Notes: generated from the letters alone by a model not told the origin. Shown: positions 24,736 through 37,426, counted from the first letter of the stretch. The stretch: 64,000 bases of DNA from Octopus sinensis (GCF_006345805.1 NC_043018.1:9176001-9240000); one strand, 5' to 3'. Translations and numbers: made by a program.

Positions 24736-24899
24736 CTGAAATAAAACAAAAATTAATAACAATATTAAAACAGGAGCACAAACCTCCACCAAGGCAGCAC
24801 TAATGCCCTCTCAACAATTACTCAGAGATGATTTTTAAAATGAGAATATCTGAAATAAACTCAACTGCTCTCAAAAGAATACTAAAAACGAACCCAACC

Positions 24900-25333
24900 A
24901 CTCTCAAAAATTAAGTAAAAAAACCCGGAAAAATAACCCAGAATCCTTATCCGGTACCTGATCGATCCGAGTGGTAGCCATGGAATGTGAAGGTGGCTGT
25001 AGAAAATTTAGTAACAGCAATAAATAGTTTATCCTTATCTAATACAAGCCAAAATTAACAAATTCCCCATTCAATATAGTTATAGCCTAAAGGGAGATAA
25101 TTGCGAAAGACTTGAAAGTTAACGTTAGATCATAATCATGTAAAGTAAATATAAGAAATAATCCAGAATGCTTGTCCGGTACCAGATCGATCCCAAAATC
25201 TAATCAGTTTGTGCCAGTCACGAGGCCAGACATCCCTGAAAGTTTCATCCGAATCCATCCAGCGGTTCTTGAGATATCTTGTCCATGGTCAAACAAATAA
25301 ACAATACCTCCGTCTTTGCTAAGGCGGAGGTAA
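24900..25333 (+). mobile_element. Non-autonomous element ending in a GC-rich hairpin (Helentron-like, tentative)
   Basis: Internal duplicated CCAGAAT.CTT.TCCGGTACC.GATCGATCC; terminal hairpin TACCTCCGTCTT-TGCT-AAGGCGGAGGTA. Confidence 0.5.
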
Positions 25334-26270
25334 AAATAAAAACAACCTTACATAGTAATTGTGGTAGTGGTTATAGTAGTAGTAGTAGTAATTGTAGTAA
25401 CTGCTGTTGTAGTAGTAGTAGTAAAAAAAAAAATCATTTCTAAAAAGGATCATTACAATTATACAAAATTATTGATGATGATGCAAGTGCGGCTATGCAG
25501 GGTTCAGTCCCACTGCGTGGCACCTTGGGCCAACCAAAGGCTTGTGAGTGGATTTACGGAAACTGAAAGAAGCCTGTTGTGTATGTGTGTTTGTCCCCTA
25601 CTATCGCTTGACAACCGGGTGGTGTGTTTACATTCAGGTAACTTTGCAATTTGGCAAAAGAGACTGATAGAATAAGTACTAGGCTTTGAAAAATATTAAG
25701 TCCTGGGGTCAATTTGTTCGGCTAAAACACTTCAAGACGGTGCCCCAGCATAGCCGCAGTCAAATAACTGAAACAAGTAAAAGATATGTGATTTCCATGC
25801 TGGCATGAGTTGGAGCTTTCAACAGGATCCGACAGGTTCAGAGACTACATCGTACTGTAGTGTCCCAGTTTTGACAAACCTTCAATACCTGGATGGCCCT
25901 TCCTGAACACCTGATTCTCATTGTTTATGTGTAACTAATGCAAGAATAGAAAAGTGGAACGATGACGATGATGAGGAAGCAGGTTACAGGGCTGTGTATT
26001 CAATGAAAACTGTAGGTGCACAAGAGGCATAGTGGGGGTACGGATAAGATGACAAAGAGAAGGAGGACTTTGTATGCACAGGAGTAATTAATATGAAGAG
26101 ATTTTCCCACCACAACAGAATTGAGATCCTGAAACCAAAGTGCCATGTACAAAGTGCTGGTGCCACTTAAAAAGCACTTGTGACAGTGACACATAAAAAG
26201 CACCTGTGATGAGGACATTAAATACACCTAGTACACTCTGTGGAGTGGCTGGTGTAAGGAAGGGCATCCA

Positions 26271-26667
26271 AGGCGCAGGAGTGGCTGTGTGGTAAGTAGC
26301 TTGCCAACCAACCACATGGTTCCGGGTTCAGTCCCACTGCGTGGCATCTTGGGCAAGTGTCTTCTGCTATAGCCTCGGGCCGACCAAAGCCTTGTGAGTG
26401 GATTTGGTAGACGGAAACTGAAAGAAGCCCATCGTGTATATATGTATGTGTGTGTATATGTTTGTGTGTCTGTATTTGTCCCCCAACATTGCTTGACAAC
26501 CGATGCTGGTGTGTTTACGTCCCCGTCACTTAGCGGTTTAGCAAAAGAGACCGATAGAATAAGTACTTGGTTTACAAAGAATAAGTCCCCGGGGTCGATT
26601 TGCTCGACTAAAGGCGGTGCTCCAGCATGGCCGCAGTCAAATGACTGAAACAAGTAAAAGAGTAAAC
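26271..26667 (+). mobile_element. SINE family A, full length
   Basis: Matches the family A consensus. Confidence 0.88.
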
Positions 26668-27298
26668 TGTGGAAACCAAACCAAAACACACTATGGAACG
26701 TGGTCTGGCCCCTGACCTTGCCAGTTACTGTCAAGCACTCCAATCCATACCAGCATGGAAAACAGACATTATACGTGGATGATGATGAATTTTCATAAAC
26801 TAAACTCTTTCAAATATCTGACAACTTCTGGTACTGTGGTGGTTGAACTAACAGTGCAAAGCATTGAGTAAGAACTTGGGGAGCTGTTACCTCCTCTGGC
26901 AACAAAAATGGTTTTATCTGAGTAAAGAGCAGATTGTATGACGCTTGGGTGTGTAGAGTGATATTGTCTGGTAGTGAAACAAGGGCATTAAATGCAGAGG
27001 ATATAAGAAAGTTGGAAGGAAATGAAGAAAGCGTGGATTGCACTGGATGTGTAATGTTAATATGAAGGAACAAAGACATTCGAATGAGTTGAGAGAAAAA
27101 CTGGGCATTAAAGGAATCAAATGTAGTGTGTGCGTGAGAGAAGACTGTGCTCGAACAGACATGTGAAGTGACAAGGAGTCCAAGTGATAAGACCCTGCAA
27201 TCAATGATACACACAGACACATTTTTTTTTTTTTAAACCTGTTCCCCTGGTGTCTTCAACATCTAAAATACTGCCTACTTTTGACAATACCTGAATAT

Positions 27299-27389
27299 AC
27301 CGCATAGCTCAGTCAGTAGAGCATCAGACTTTTATAGGTCAACCTTAAAAGTAGTCTGAGGGTCGCAGGTTCGTGTCCCTCTGCGGGTG
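27299..27389 (+). pseudogene. Degenerate intron-containing tRNA-Lys(TTT), antisense within POLR3E intron 10
   Basis: D-arm GCTC/GAGC, anticodon stem TCAGA/TCTGA, TTT at 27331-27333, 19-nt intron at 27335-27353, TTTT shortly downstream. Defects: acceptor stem one base short, G18 to A, A58 to T, two T-stem mismatches. Confidence 0.8.
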
Positions 27390-27920
27390 TAAACCATTTT
27401 AGGCTTAGGAGTGGCAGTGTGGTAAGTAGCTTGCTTACAAACCACATGGTTCCGGGTTTTTGTCCCACTGCGTGGCACCTTGGGCAGGTGTGTTCTACTA
27501 TAGCCTCAGGCCGACCAAAGCTTTGTGAGTGGAATTGATAGACGGAAACTGAAAGAAGCCTGTCGTATATATGTATATATGTGTGTGTGAGTGTGTATGT
27601 TTGTGTGTCTTGTCCCCCAACATCGATTGACAACCAATGCTGGTGTTTACGTCCCTGTAGCTTAGCGGTTCAGCAAAGGAGACCAATAGAATAAGTACTA
27701 GGCTTATAAAGAATAAGTCAATTTGCTCGACTAAAGGCGGTGCTGCAGTATGGCCACAGTCAAATGAAATAATTCTAATGCATTGGATGGAATCATTTAA
27801 AGCTGCCATGGATTTTTTTTCCTGCTATTTAATCCTTTTGACACCAACCCCCACCTGAGGCCACCCCTGGTTTTATGACACAAACTCCCTGTTTTAAAGT
27901 TAACTCAGTTAAAAACAATC

Positions 27921-28118
27921 TTTTACATGTTTCAGTCATTTGACTGCGGCCATGCTGGAGCACCGCCTTTAGTCAAGCAAATCGACCCCGGGACTTATTC
28001 TTTTGTAAGCCCAGTACTTATTCTATCGGTCTCTTTTGCCTAAATGATAAGTGACGGGGACGTAAACACACCAGCATCGGTTGTCAAGCAATGCTAAGGG
28101 GACAAACACATACAGACA

Positions 28119-28155
<37 letters not shown>

Positions 28156-28319
28156 GACGGGCTTCTTTCAGTTTCTGTCTACCAAATCCACTCATATGGC
28201 TTTGGTCGGCCCGGGGCTATAGCAGAAGACACTTGCCCAAGGTGCCACGCAGTGGGACTGAACCCGGAACCATGTGGTTGGTAAGCAAGCTACTTACCAC
28301 ACAGCCACTCCTGCGCCTA
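27921..28319 (-). mobile_element. SINE family A, full length
   Basis: Reverse complement of the family A consensus. Confidence 0.88.
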
Positions 28320-28788
28320 TATTCAAAATTTCATGGTAATTTACGTTCCAAACATCAACTGACAAAATTATTACACTAAATACTTAATTAGATTCAAAAT
28401 AAATTGAAACAGAAATAATGATAATGAAACACCATCCGATTGTGGCCGTTGCCAGCCTCACCTGGTCCGTTGCCGGTGGCACGTAAAAAGCACCATCCGA
28501 GCGTGGCCGTTCGCCAGCCTTGTCTGGCACCTGTGTCGGTGGCACGTAAAAAACACCCACTACACTTATGGAGTGGTTGGCTTTAGGAAGGGCATCCAGC
28601 TGTAGAAACACTGCCAGATCAGACTGGAGCCTGGTGCAGCCTTCTAGCTTCACAGACCCCAGTTGAACCGTCCAACCCATGCTAGCATGGAAAGCGGACA
28701 CTAAATGATGATGATGATGATGATGATGATAATGAAAAGATTAGGCAAAAAAATAATCAAACAAATAATGCAAAAACAGTGGCAATAC

Positions 28789-28909
28789 CTTTTCACGACC
28801 CAACAACCTTGAACAAGAACAGCAACTTGCTGAAGGCATCGTATAACAGCAGTTGAGTCGGTTCCTTGAGGTAAAAGGGCCAGCAGTTGACGGAACCTGA
28901 TGACTTTTG
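28789..28909 (-). CDS. POLR3E: POLR3E exon 10 (KVIRFRQLLALLPQGTDSTAVIRCLQQVAVLVQGCWVVK)
   Basis: AG acceptor, GTATTG donor, 121 nt, phase 1/2. VA.LVQG.WVVKS motif. Confidence 0.95.
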
Positions 28910-29234
28910 CTGGAGGAAAGAAGGGGGAAAAAAGAGAGAAATTAGGAAAGACAGCAATTCTACAAATTACATGGGCAAAAGCAAAGCTGTGGGGTTCAAA
29001 ATGTAGGTTTTTGTAAATAGATGTGTCTGGGTTCAATCCCATTGAGTAGCATCTTGGTACTAAAAACAATTACTTAAGTCTTTAGTGGTTGACCAATGCC
29101 ACTGGAAAGAAATTTGGTTAGCACAAACTGTTCAGAAGCCTAGCACATTATTTAATTGTCTAGGGGTTGTCTTGCTTTTCTGATGTCTGATGGGAAAAAG
29201 AGGTTAAAATATATTATCTTCAATGGATGATATA

Positions 29235-29746
29235 CCATAAATCCTCGATTATAGTCTGCCCTCGAGTATAACATGCAGGGAATTTTTAGGGGGCTATACC
29301 TCTGAAAAACCTAAACCTTGTGTATAATACGCACCCATTCTCTAACTTGAGTCAAGGAGGTCTATATAACGTCCTTGGTTTGTAAAACTGTATACGGTAA
29401 CGTCCTTTATTATTATTGTATATATAACATAATGCAAACGTGTAGCATTGTTGTGCATTTTGTTTGCAGAAAACAAAGAAATAACAGTAATAACGTTTAA
29501 TAAATGTTGCTTATTGCAAGTTATGGATGATTCTTTTATGACTTCATTGCTTTCAGGCTTAGCTTAAGGTATTTTCACGCCCGACATCAGAAAATACATC
29601 TGAATAAACATTGCAGGACAGCAAATAGAGACTCGGACATTGCTTAGAAAATAGTTTTCATTTTTAACCTAATATATAGAACGCACAAGGGATTTTGACC
29701 TTTAAATTTGGGGGGGAAAATGCAGATTATACTCGAGGATTTACGG
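29235..29746 (-). mobile_element. Third copy of the CCGTAAATCCTCGAG MITE (inverted)
   Basis: Reverse complement of 3628-4122, TA flanks. Confidence 0.85.
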
Positions 29747-31128
29747 TATATCTTATGTTTTACAATGTTGCATCTTTTGTATAGTTTACACTGGAGACTA
29801 GTTTGGAAAAGTTATCATCATCATCATCATCATTTAACATCCGTTTTCCAGGCTGGCATGGGTTGAACAGTTTGACAAGAGCTGAACTAGGTTCCATAGT
29901 CTGTTTTGGCATGGTTTCTACAACTGGATGCCCTTCTTAATGCCAACCACTTTAGAGTGTACCGGGTGCTTATGGCACTAGCACCAAAAGTGTTTGCAAG
30001 CTGTTGGAGTGTTGGTATGTTACTAGAAGTTGATATTAAAAAAATAATAAATGCGCTCTTTTAAAGCTTAGCCAGGATCATGGGCCCGGTTTACCAGTTT
30101 CAATGGCGTATGTGTTCCCCAGCTGAACGGGACGCCAGTCCATCGCAGCGTTACTAATTTTTGCCAGCTGAGTGGACTGGGGTAACGTGAAATGAAGTGT
30201 TTTGCTCAAAGAACACAACGCGTCGCCCGGTCCAGGAATCGAAACCACAATCTTTCGATCATGATGGAACCTGGTCTGGCCCCTGACCTTGCCAGTTACT
30301 GTCAAGCACTCCAATCCATACCAGCATGGAAAACAGACATTATACGTGGATGATGATGAATTTTCATAAACTAAACTCTTTCAAATATCTGACAACTTCT
30401 GGTACTGTGGTGGTTGAACTAACAGTGCAAAGCATTGAGTAAGAACTTGGGGAGCTGTTACCTCCTCTGGCAACAAAAATGGTTTTATCTGAGTAAAGAG
30501 CAGATTGTATGACGCTTGGGTGTGTAGAGTGATATTGTCTGGTAGTGAAACAAGGGCATTAAATGCAGAGGATATAAGAAAGTTGGAAGGAAATGAAGAA
30601 AGCATGGATTGCACTGGATGTGTAATGTTAATATGAAGGAACAAAGACATTCAAATGAGTTGAGAGAACTCTAACCACTAAGCCACGCACCTCCACAGAA
30701 GTTGATATGGGCATGTATTATATAATGTAATTGAAGTTGATGTTGTTAATTACTTTGTAGTGTGACATGTAACAAGGCATAGTTCATAGAGAACAATGCC
30801 TCACAGAGGAGAAAGCAGGAGAATAGATACAAAATAATTGAAGAATAACATTGCTCATAACTCTTTTGATATCAACCTGCCTGAAACTGTCCTTGGTTCT
30901 ATGATACAAACTTTTTGCTTTAAAGGGATTGAAAAATTATTAAAACCTTCCATGGATATTTTTGTTCCAAGCACCAACTTAAAAATGACGAAATTATTTT
31001 GGTAAATTCTTCATTATTTTCAGAATTAATTGAAACTGAAACAAATGCAGAATATTTCAACAGAAATACAGTAACAAAAGGGTTAAGCGAGAGATGAGCT
31101 GCTGGTTAAAGTCTTTTGGATATCTTAC

Positions 31129-31220
31129 CATTGATGAGAAGAGCTTTCACCTGGTCTTGGAGCGGCATTGTACGCAGCTGACTCAAAGAGAGGATGTTGC
31201 TTGGCAGAGCTGGTTTCTCC
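31129..31220 (-). CDS. POLR3E: POLR3E exon 9 (EKPALPSNILSLSQLRTMPLQDQVKALLIN)
   Basis: AG acceptor, GTAAG donor, 92 nt, phase 2/1. Resembles PSNVLSMAQLRTLPLADQIK. Confidence 0.95.
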
Positions 31221-31664
31221 CTGTTGTAATAAATAACAAACACAACTGTGATATACAGTGGCAACAAGAAGCACTAATTAAAGATTAATTTCATCACTAA
31301 TGAGCAAATGTACGGACAACAGATTGGTAGAATAGTTAGAACATTGGTTAAGACTCTTTGCAGTACTTAGTCCCGATACTTTACATGTTGCTTGGGATTG
31401 AACTTACAACCTTACAATCATGAGCTGGATAACACCCTAACCACTAAGCCATGCACCTTCACAATAATAAAAATAATAATAATAATAATAAAAAAGGGCA
31501 GGACACTTTTTAACAGTTTACCTTTCATTTTTCAACCATAAAATAAACACAGCACACAACACAAACAAAACATAGCTGACCCCTTCCCCACACGCACACA
31601 GAAATTAATTCTACACAACAGGGGCCATCACAACAGAAGAACAAGATGGGTTCACAATACTTAC

Positions 31665-31789
31665 TCCTCCTCCTCAGTAACAGGTGGCATTAGTTTCTCC
31701 AAATACTCCCATGGTGGAATGTTAAACTCACTGATGTCATGGTTTTTCGTAGCAAACAGCATATTTCTCTCTGCTAGTGATCTGTCGTC
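31665..31789 (-). CDS. POLR3E: POLR3E exon 8 (DDRSLAERNMLF...EYLEKLMPPVTEEE)
   Basis: tttcacAG acceptor, GTAAGT donor, 125 nt, phase 0/2. EYL..LMPP motif. Confidence 0.93.
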
Positions 31790-31984
31790 CTGTGAAAGAA
31801 AGGCAAAGCTTTGTGAGTGAACTCAGTAGACGGAAACTGAAAAGGAGTTTACCACATGTGTGTGCACATGTGGCGCTTGTCTTGAAGTTGGACGTGGCAC
31901 TTGTTTACAAGCATCACAATCATAGAAGTGATGTCACTTGTCTGCAGTCTTCTGTTAAAAAACATGTCCAGCCAAGTGGAAAAA

Positions 31985-32550
31985 TTGGGTTGTCCAGTAA
32001 GTTCATGCCGATTTTTAAAGGAAAGAAAAAGGTCAATAAATACTTGCCATTACATTTTTAAGCAACCAAATATGAACCATTTTGTCACACAATGCATCTC
32101 CATCTTTCCTTTAACTTGAAAATACCCTCTTCCCAGAATTCAGGTGGTTTCATGGCAAAGAATTCATCAAGGTATCTTTTTACGTCATCCAAGGAATTGA
32201 AATTTTTACCATTAAGACTATTCTGCAGAGACCTGAATAAGTGGAAATCTGAAGGAGCAATATCTGGTGAATATGGAGGGTGGGGTAACACATCCCAACC
32301 GAGCTGCAGCAATTTTTGTCTGGTTCCCAAAGCATCAAGTGCCAAAAATGAACTTTCTTATCTTCCATTATAAAGGGTTACAGAATTAACACAGGTTATA
32401 GGAACATAAACCTTCTTCCACGAAAAGATAGCTTAAGCTGTGCTCTAAATGGAGGTGTAGTCAAATCCTATGTTATGGACTCAACCATGTTCTAAAATAA
32501 GTCGAAAGATAAGCTACTATAAATTGGCATGAACTTTCCGGACAACCCAA
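31985..32550 (-). mobile_element. Internally deleted mariner element
   Basis: Inverted TIRs TTGGGTTGTCC.G.AAGTTCATGCC; N-terminal MEDKKVHFWHLML joined out of frame to C-terminal LGWDVLPHPPYSPDIAPSDFHLF. Confidence 0.9.
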
Positions 32551-32660
32551 TATTAGCTACAATGTGAGTGATGGTTCAGTTAGGACATCCAATTGTAGAA
32601 AATGTGCCTTAATGAATTCCATCCGACCCATGCAAGAATGATGACGATTATAAGACTTAA

Positions 32661-32881
32661 CCCTTTAGCATTTAAACCGGCCATATCCGGCCAAAAGTAT
32701 TCTGCCTGTTTTATGTTCAAACTGGCCAGATCTGGTCTCTCACACCAACCCTACAATATTGTTTTAAAAATTAACAGCTACCTCATCAAAATCTCATAGC
32801 TCCAAGATAATGCATGATTAATTCAAAACAATGTGGATAAAGAAGCATTAATTTTGGCAGAATAATGCGAACACCAAAGGG
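32661..32881. mobile_element. piggyBac-type MITE, second family (a related copy lies at 20539-20737)
   Basis: TTAA-CCCTTT...AAAGGG-TTAA. Confidence 0.75.
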
Positions 32882-32915
32882 TTAAAGGTGAAAAGTGTTA
32901 AGTAAAATGACTTAC

Positions 32916-33079
32916 ATCCCTAGAATGGTATCTAAGGTCTACCCACTGTTCTTCATCTCGCTTCTTCTGGTAATAATCATATGATGCCATGCGTCTGGCT
33001 TTTGCTTCGACAGTTTCATGCCGGGCAAACTTCAGCCGAACAGGTTTAGCTTCCTCTTCTTCCTCCTCTTGAGAAGATT
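32916..33079 (-). CDS. POLR3E: POLR3E exon 7 (SSQEEEEEEAKPVRLKFARHE...EEQWVDLRYHSRD)
   Basis: AG acceptor, GTAAGT donor, 164 nt, phase 1/0. Part of ORF 32898..33188. Confidence 0.95.
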
Positions 33080-33620
33080 CTGGAAAACATAATGAACAAT
33101 AGAGGGAACATGCGGGACGAAGATGCTTGACAACCGGTGCTGGTGTGTTTACATCCCCGTAACTTAGCAGTTTGGCAAAAGAGACCAATAGAATAAGTAC
33201 TAGGCTAACAAAGAATAAGTCTTGGGACTGATTTGCTCGACCAAAGGCAGTGCTCCTGCATGGCCGCAGTCAAATGACTGAAACAAGTAAAAGAGAAAAA
33301 AAAGAGTTTAGATGTTGGGATTCACAGCAGAGGAGAAAACATGCCAAGCTAAGTAAAATCATGGTTGTCTTTGCATACAAGCATGTCCCCTGCATCCCTT
33401 TCTAGCTGAGCATTTCTGACCTTGCAGGCTGGTGGGTGCTGGTGCCACGTAAAAAGCACCTGTACCAGTACCATGTAAATGCACCCAAACCAGAGCTGCA
33501 TGTAAGCACCCAGTACATTCTGTAAAGTGGTTGGCATTAAGAAGGGCATCCTGCAGTAGAAACCCTGCGAAAACAGACATGGAACCTGGGCAGCTCTTCA
33601 GCAGGCAAGTTCCCATCAAA

Positions 33621-33851
33621 AGGCAGCGAACTGGCAGAAACGTTAGCACGCCGGGCGAAATGCTAAGCGGTATTTCGTCTGCCGCTACGTTCTGAGTTCA
33701 GATTCCGGCAAGGTCGACTTTGCCTTTCATCCTTTCGGGGTCGATTAAATAAGTACCAGTTACACACTGGGGTCGATGTAATCGACTTAATCCGTTTGTC
33801 TGTCTTTGTTTGTCCCCTCTATGTGTAGCCCCTTGTGGGTAGTAAAGAAAT
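33621..33851 (+). mobile_element. SINE family C (Meta-domain-like core) with 18-bp TSD
   Basis: TSD AGGCAAGTTCCCATCAAA at 33603-33620 and 33852-33869; core GGTCGACTTTGCCTTTCATCCTTTCGGGGTCG. Confidence 0.9.
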
Positions 33852-34048
33852 AGGCAAGTTCCCATCAAACTGTCCAACCCATGCCAGCATGGAAAACAGA
33901 CATTAAATGATGATAATGAAAACAACAGTGACTATTTAAACCAATATTGCCTAAATTATCAATACAAGCAAAAAGAAAATGACTGACAAGTCTAGAAATA
34001 GGATTGAAAAAGTTGACAAACATTATGATTGTTTGTATGTTGTTGTCT

Positions 34049-34439
34049 TTTATCTTTTACTGGTTTCAGTCATTAGACGACAGCCATGCTGGAGCATTGC
34101 CTTTGGTCGAGCAAATTGACCCCAAGACTTATTCTTTGTAAGCCTAGAACTTATTCTATCATTTTTTTTTGCCGAACCGCTTAGCCACGAGGACGTAAAC
34201 ACACCAGCATCGGTTGTCAAACGATGTTGTGGGGACAAACACAGACACACAAACATACATATGTATATATATATATACGATGGGCTTCTTTCAGTTTCCA
34301 TCTACCAAATCCACTCACAAGGCTTTGGTCAGCCCAAGGCTATAATAGAAGACACTTGCCCAAGGTGTCATGCAGTGGGACTGAACCTGGAACCATGTGG
34401 TTCGTAAGCAAGCTACTTACCACACAGCCACTCCTACGC
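34049..34439 (-). mobile_element. SINE family A, full length
   Basis: Reverse complement of the family A consensus. Confidence 0.85.
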
Positions 34440-35613
34440 CTGTTAATATCTTTTTTATCTTTTACTTGTTTCAGTTATTAGACTACAGCCATGCTTGGGT
34501 CAGCATCCTGAAGAATTTTAGTCAAATGAACCAACCCCAGTACTTACTCTTTCAAGTCTGGTACTCATTCTATCGGTCTCTTTTGTTGAACTGCTGTGGT
34601 TGGTATTATGAAAGGTATCCAGCCATTGAAACCAAGCCAAACAGATGACTGGAGCCTGGTGCAGATTTCCAGCTTACCACCAGCTCCAGTCAAACCATCT
34701 AACCCATGCCAGCATTATTATAATCATTTAATGTCTCTTTTCAATGCTGGCATGGGTTAGATGGTTTGACTGGAGCTGGTGGTAAGCTGGAAATCTGCAC
34801 CAGGCTCCAGTCATCTGTTTGGCTTGGTTTCAATGGCTGGATACCTTTCATAATACCAACCACTTTACAGAGTGTACGGGGTGTTTCTTTTACATTGAGA
34901 TCTCTGGAGATATGCTGTGACTGCGAAGACCCAACAAATAATGTGAGTTCACGGCTGTTTCCTGCACCAGCTTCACATAACCAGCCCCAGCCCATCCAAA
35001 GTACCTTGGATCGTAGGGCAACCTGCTGTGCTTGAGGTGACCTATTGAGTCAAGTACATGAACATCAAAATAAAAATCAAATGGGAATTGTAGTTGTGAT
35101 ACTCATGCCAGTGGCACATAAAAAGCACCATCCAAACGTGGCATTGTTTTAGCCTTCAAATGACGCCACCCCACTGGCTAAGCGAGCAGGCCAACAGAAG
35201 AAAGAGTGAGAGAAAATTGTAGTGAAAGAGTACAGAGGGGATCCCCACCATCCCCTGCCGGAGCCAGGTGGAGCTTTAGAATGAATAATAGAACATATGA
35301 AAAAAATGAGTTCATTCTGAGCATTTTTGATGGTTGCTGGGATGTAGTTTTGTAGTCTAAGCAGAATCTTTGACTGATTGCCAACCTATGCTATCACAGA
35401 TTAATTCAGGATAAGTGTAGCATGGAACAATTGAGTGTTGTGTTATTCCAGATCAGTGATAAATGAGGAAAGGTGTGTAATGTGAAGTGAGAATCCATTT
35501 ATGATATACAAAAACTCCAGAAGACAAAATATAAAAACTGGAAGGTCAAAGATGGTGTTTAGTGGGTCGAATATTAAGCTCATGGTTTTATTGTTCTTAA
35601 ATGCTTCACTTAC

Positions 35614-35727
35614 CTCCTCCTTCACTCTGCTTAATATTGAGCTTTTGTTTAGCATCTGCTCTGTCCATGTAAGAGAATGATGGCCTGACTTGGGCCATGG
35701 CATACAACGGAGTCAAATGAAACTCAT
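35614..35727 (-). CDS. POLR3E: POLR3E exon 6 (EFHLTPLYAMAQVRPSFSYMDRADAKQK...)
   Basis: AG acceptor, GTAAGT donor, 114 nt, phase 1/1. HLTPL...RPSFSY.D motif. Confidence 0.95.
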
Positions 35728-36780
35728 CTACAAAGAAAAACAGTTTAGGGTGTTTAGTTTAGGATTTGAATGAAATCAACTGAAATAAGCAACAGTAATA
35801 TATTTTAGCATTTTTAGATTAACTAGCAGTATAGCCCAGCGTTGCTCGGGTTTCTTTTCCTTTCGACCCTTTAGAATTGAAATTTTTGAAAAGTAAAAAT
35901 TTTGCATTATGTAGCTTGTTATTCTCTTTAAGTGAACATTTTTTCTGGTTGAAATACACCGAAAAATGGCGACACAGCAGTAAAAAAATCGTAAAAAATA
36001 GTAGTGTCCTCACAATTAAAACAGTACAATTAGGGGTGTGTATTTACTCTTGAGGTGTCTGTGTGAGGGTATGTGTGTATATCTACATCTATCTACTCAA
36101 ACACACATAAAACACTCAGTAGGGTGGTTGGTGTTAGGGAGGGCATCCAGATGTAAAAACCCTGCCAAAACAGACACTGAAGCCTGGTGCAGTCTTCTGC
36201 CCAGCCAGCTCCAATCAACCCGTCTAACCCATGCCAGTATGGAAAATAGATGTTAAGTGGTTATGATGATACACACACATTTTGAGTTACAAGCAATTCT
36301 AATAATGCAAACATTTACAGATGTCCCTTCCTCAATGCAAGTGTTTCATTAAGCATGTGTGGCATCAGTAATGTTTATATTACTAAAGCTGCTTCTAATT
36401 CAAAATTCAATTTTGTTTTACTGGTGCAGTGCTGTTGCACATCAGCAAATGGGTTTCATAATGTCTACATATACACCACAGACCAGCACCAATTTGAAAT
36501 ATTGATATCCACTTTTCTTATTCACCCTGGAGCTATTTGTTTCATCTATGTTTTGGGTTATTCTGATTTTTAACACTCGACATCTTAAAAGGTTTTTATA
36601 CGTATATACATATACATATATACATATAGATATACACATAAAAATATCGTGTACATTAGAACACATGAAGAGGCTTCCAAATAGGAAAGCCTTCTACTAG
36701 AAAGAGCAGTAGAAAACCATTAATTATGGATAAATTCTCGAAAGGATTTAATTCTCAATCCTTTCGAGAATTTATACATA

Positions 36781-37189
36781 ACTAGCAGTATCGCTCGGCG
36801 TTCCTGGGGTTTGTAAGGGAAATAACTATATAAGCATTTTTAGAGATGTAAAGTATAATAGCCATCTCAATATGGCTAACCACAAAGGGGGGGGGGGGGG
36901 GTTACTGTAGCTTTTTACGTTCTGAGATTTAATAATACATTTTTAGAGAGTTACTTCCCTTATATAATAGCAAAAAAATGCATTAAAAATGGGAAAAATT
37001 GATGGTAAATTTTTTTTTTAAATCGTAGGCTCATCGTAAACGCGCGCTAATACCCAGAAGGACTTGATATGAATCACGACTATAAGATACGCACTTTTGG
37101 TTACACCGCACTGCAAAATGTGGGAGTAGTTAGGAATCTAAATCGAAGGGGACAGACACTCACACAACTACAGTTTTATATATATAGAT
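36781..37189 (+). mobile_element. Helentron-associated (HINE/DINE-1-like) element; relatives near 23127-23386, 35821-36000, 53602-53968
   Basis: ACTAG start with subterminal inverted repeat, CA/GACA microsatellite and TATATATAGAT end. Confidence 0.55.
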
Positions 37190-37374
37190 TAGTGGTTTGA
37201 GTTTTCTACTGCTCTTTCTAGTAGAAGGCTTTCCTATTTGGAAGCCTCTTAATGTGTTCTAATGTACACAATATTTTTATGTGAATAATATATAGTCTAT
37301 TGACTATTTTTTTGTGCTAGGCCACTGGTAATAATAATATATAAAATTCTTATTACCCTAATATTATTTAATAT

Positions 37375-37426
<52 letters not shown>

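Noticed and set aside
36660-36720. ATGAAGA plus hairpin as a possible hammerhead
   Set aside because: No GAAA directly after stem II and no stem I or III.
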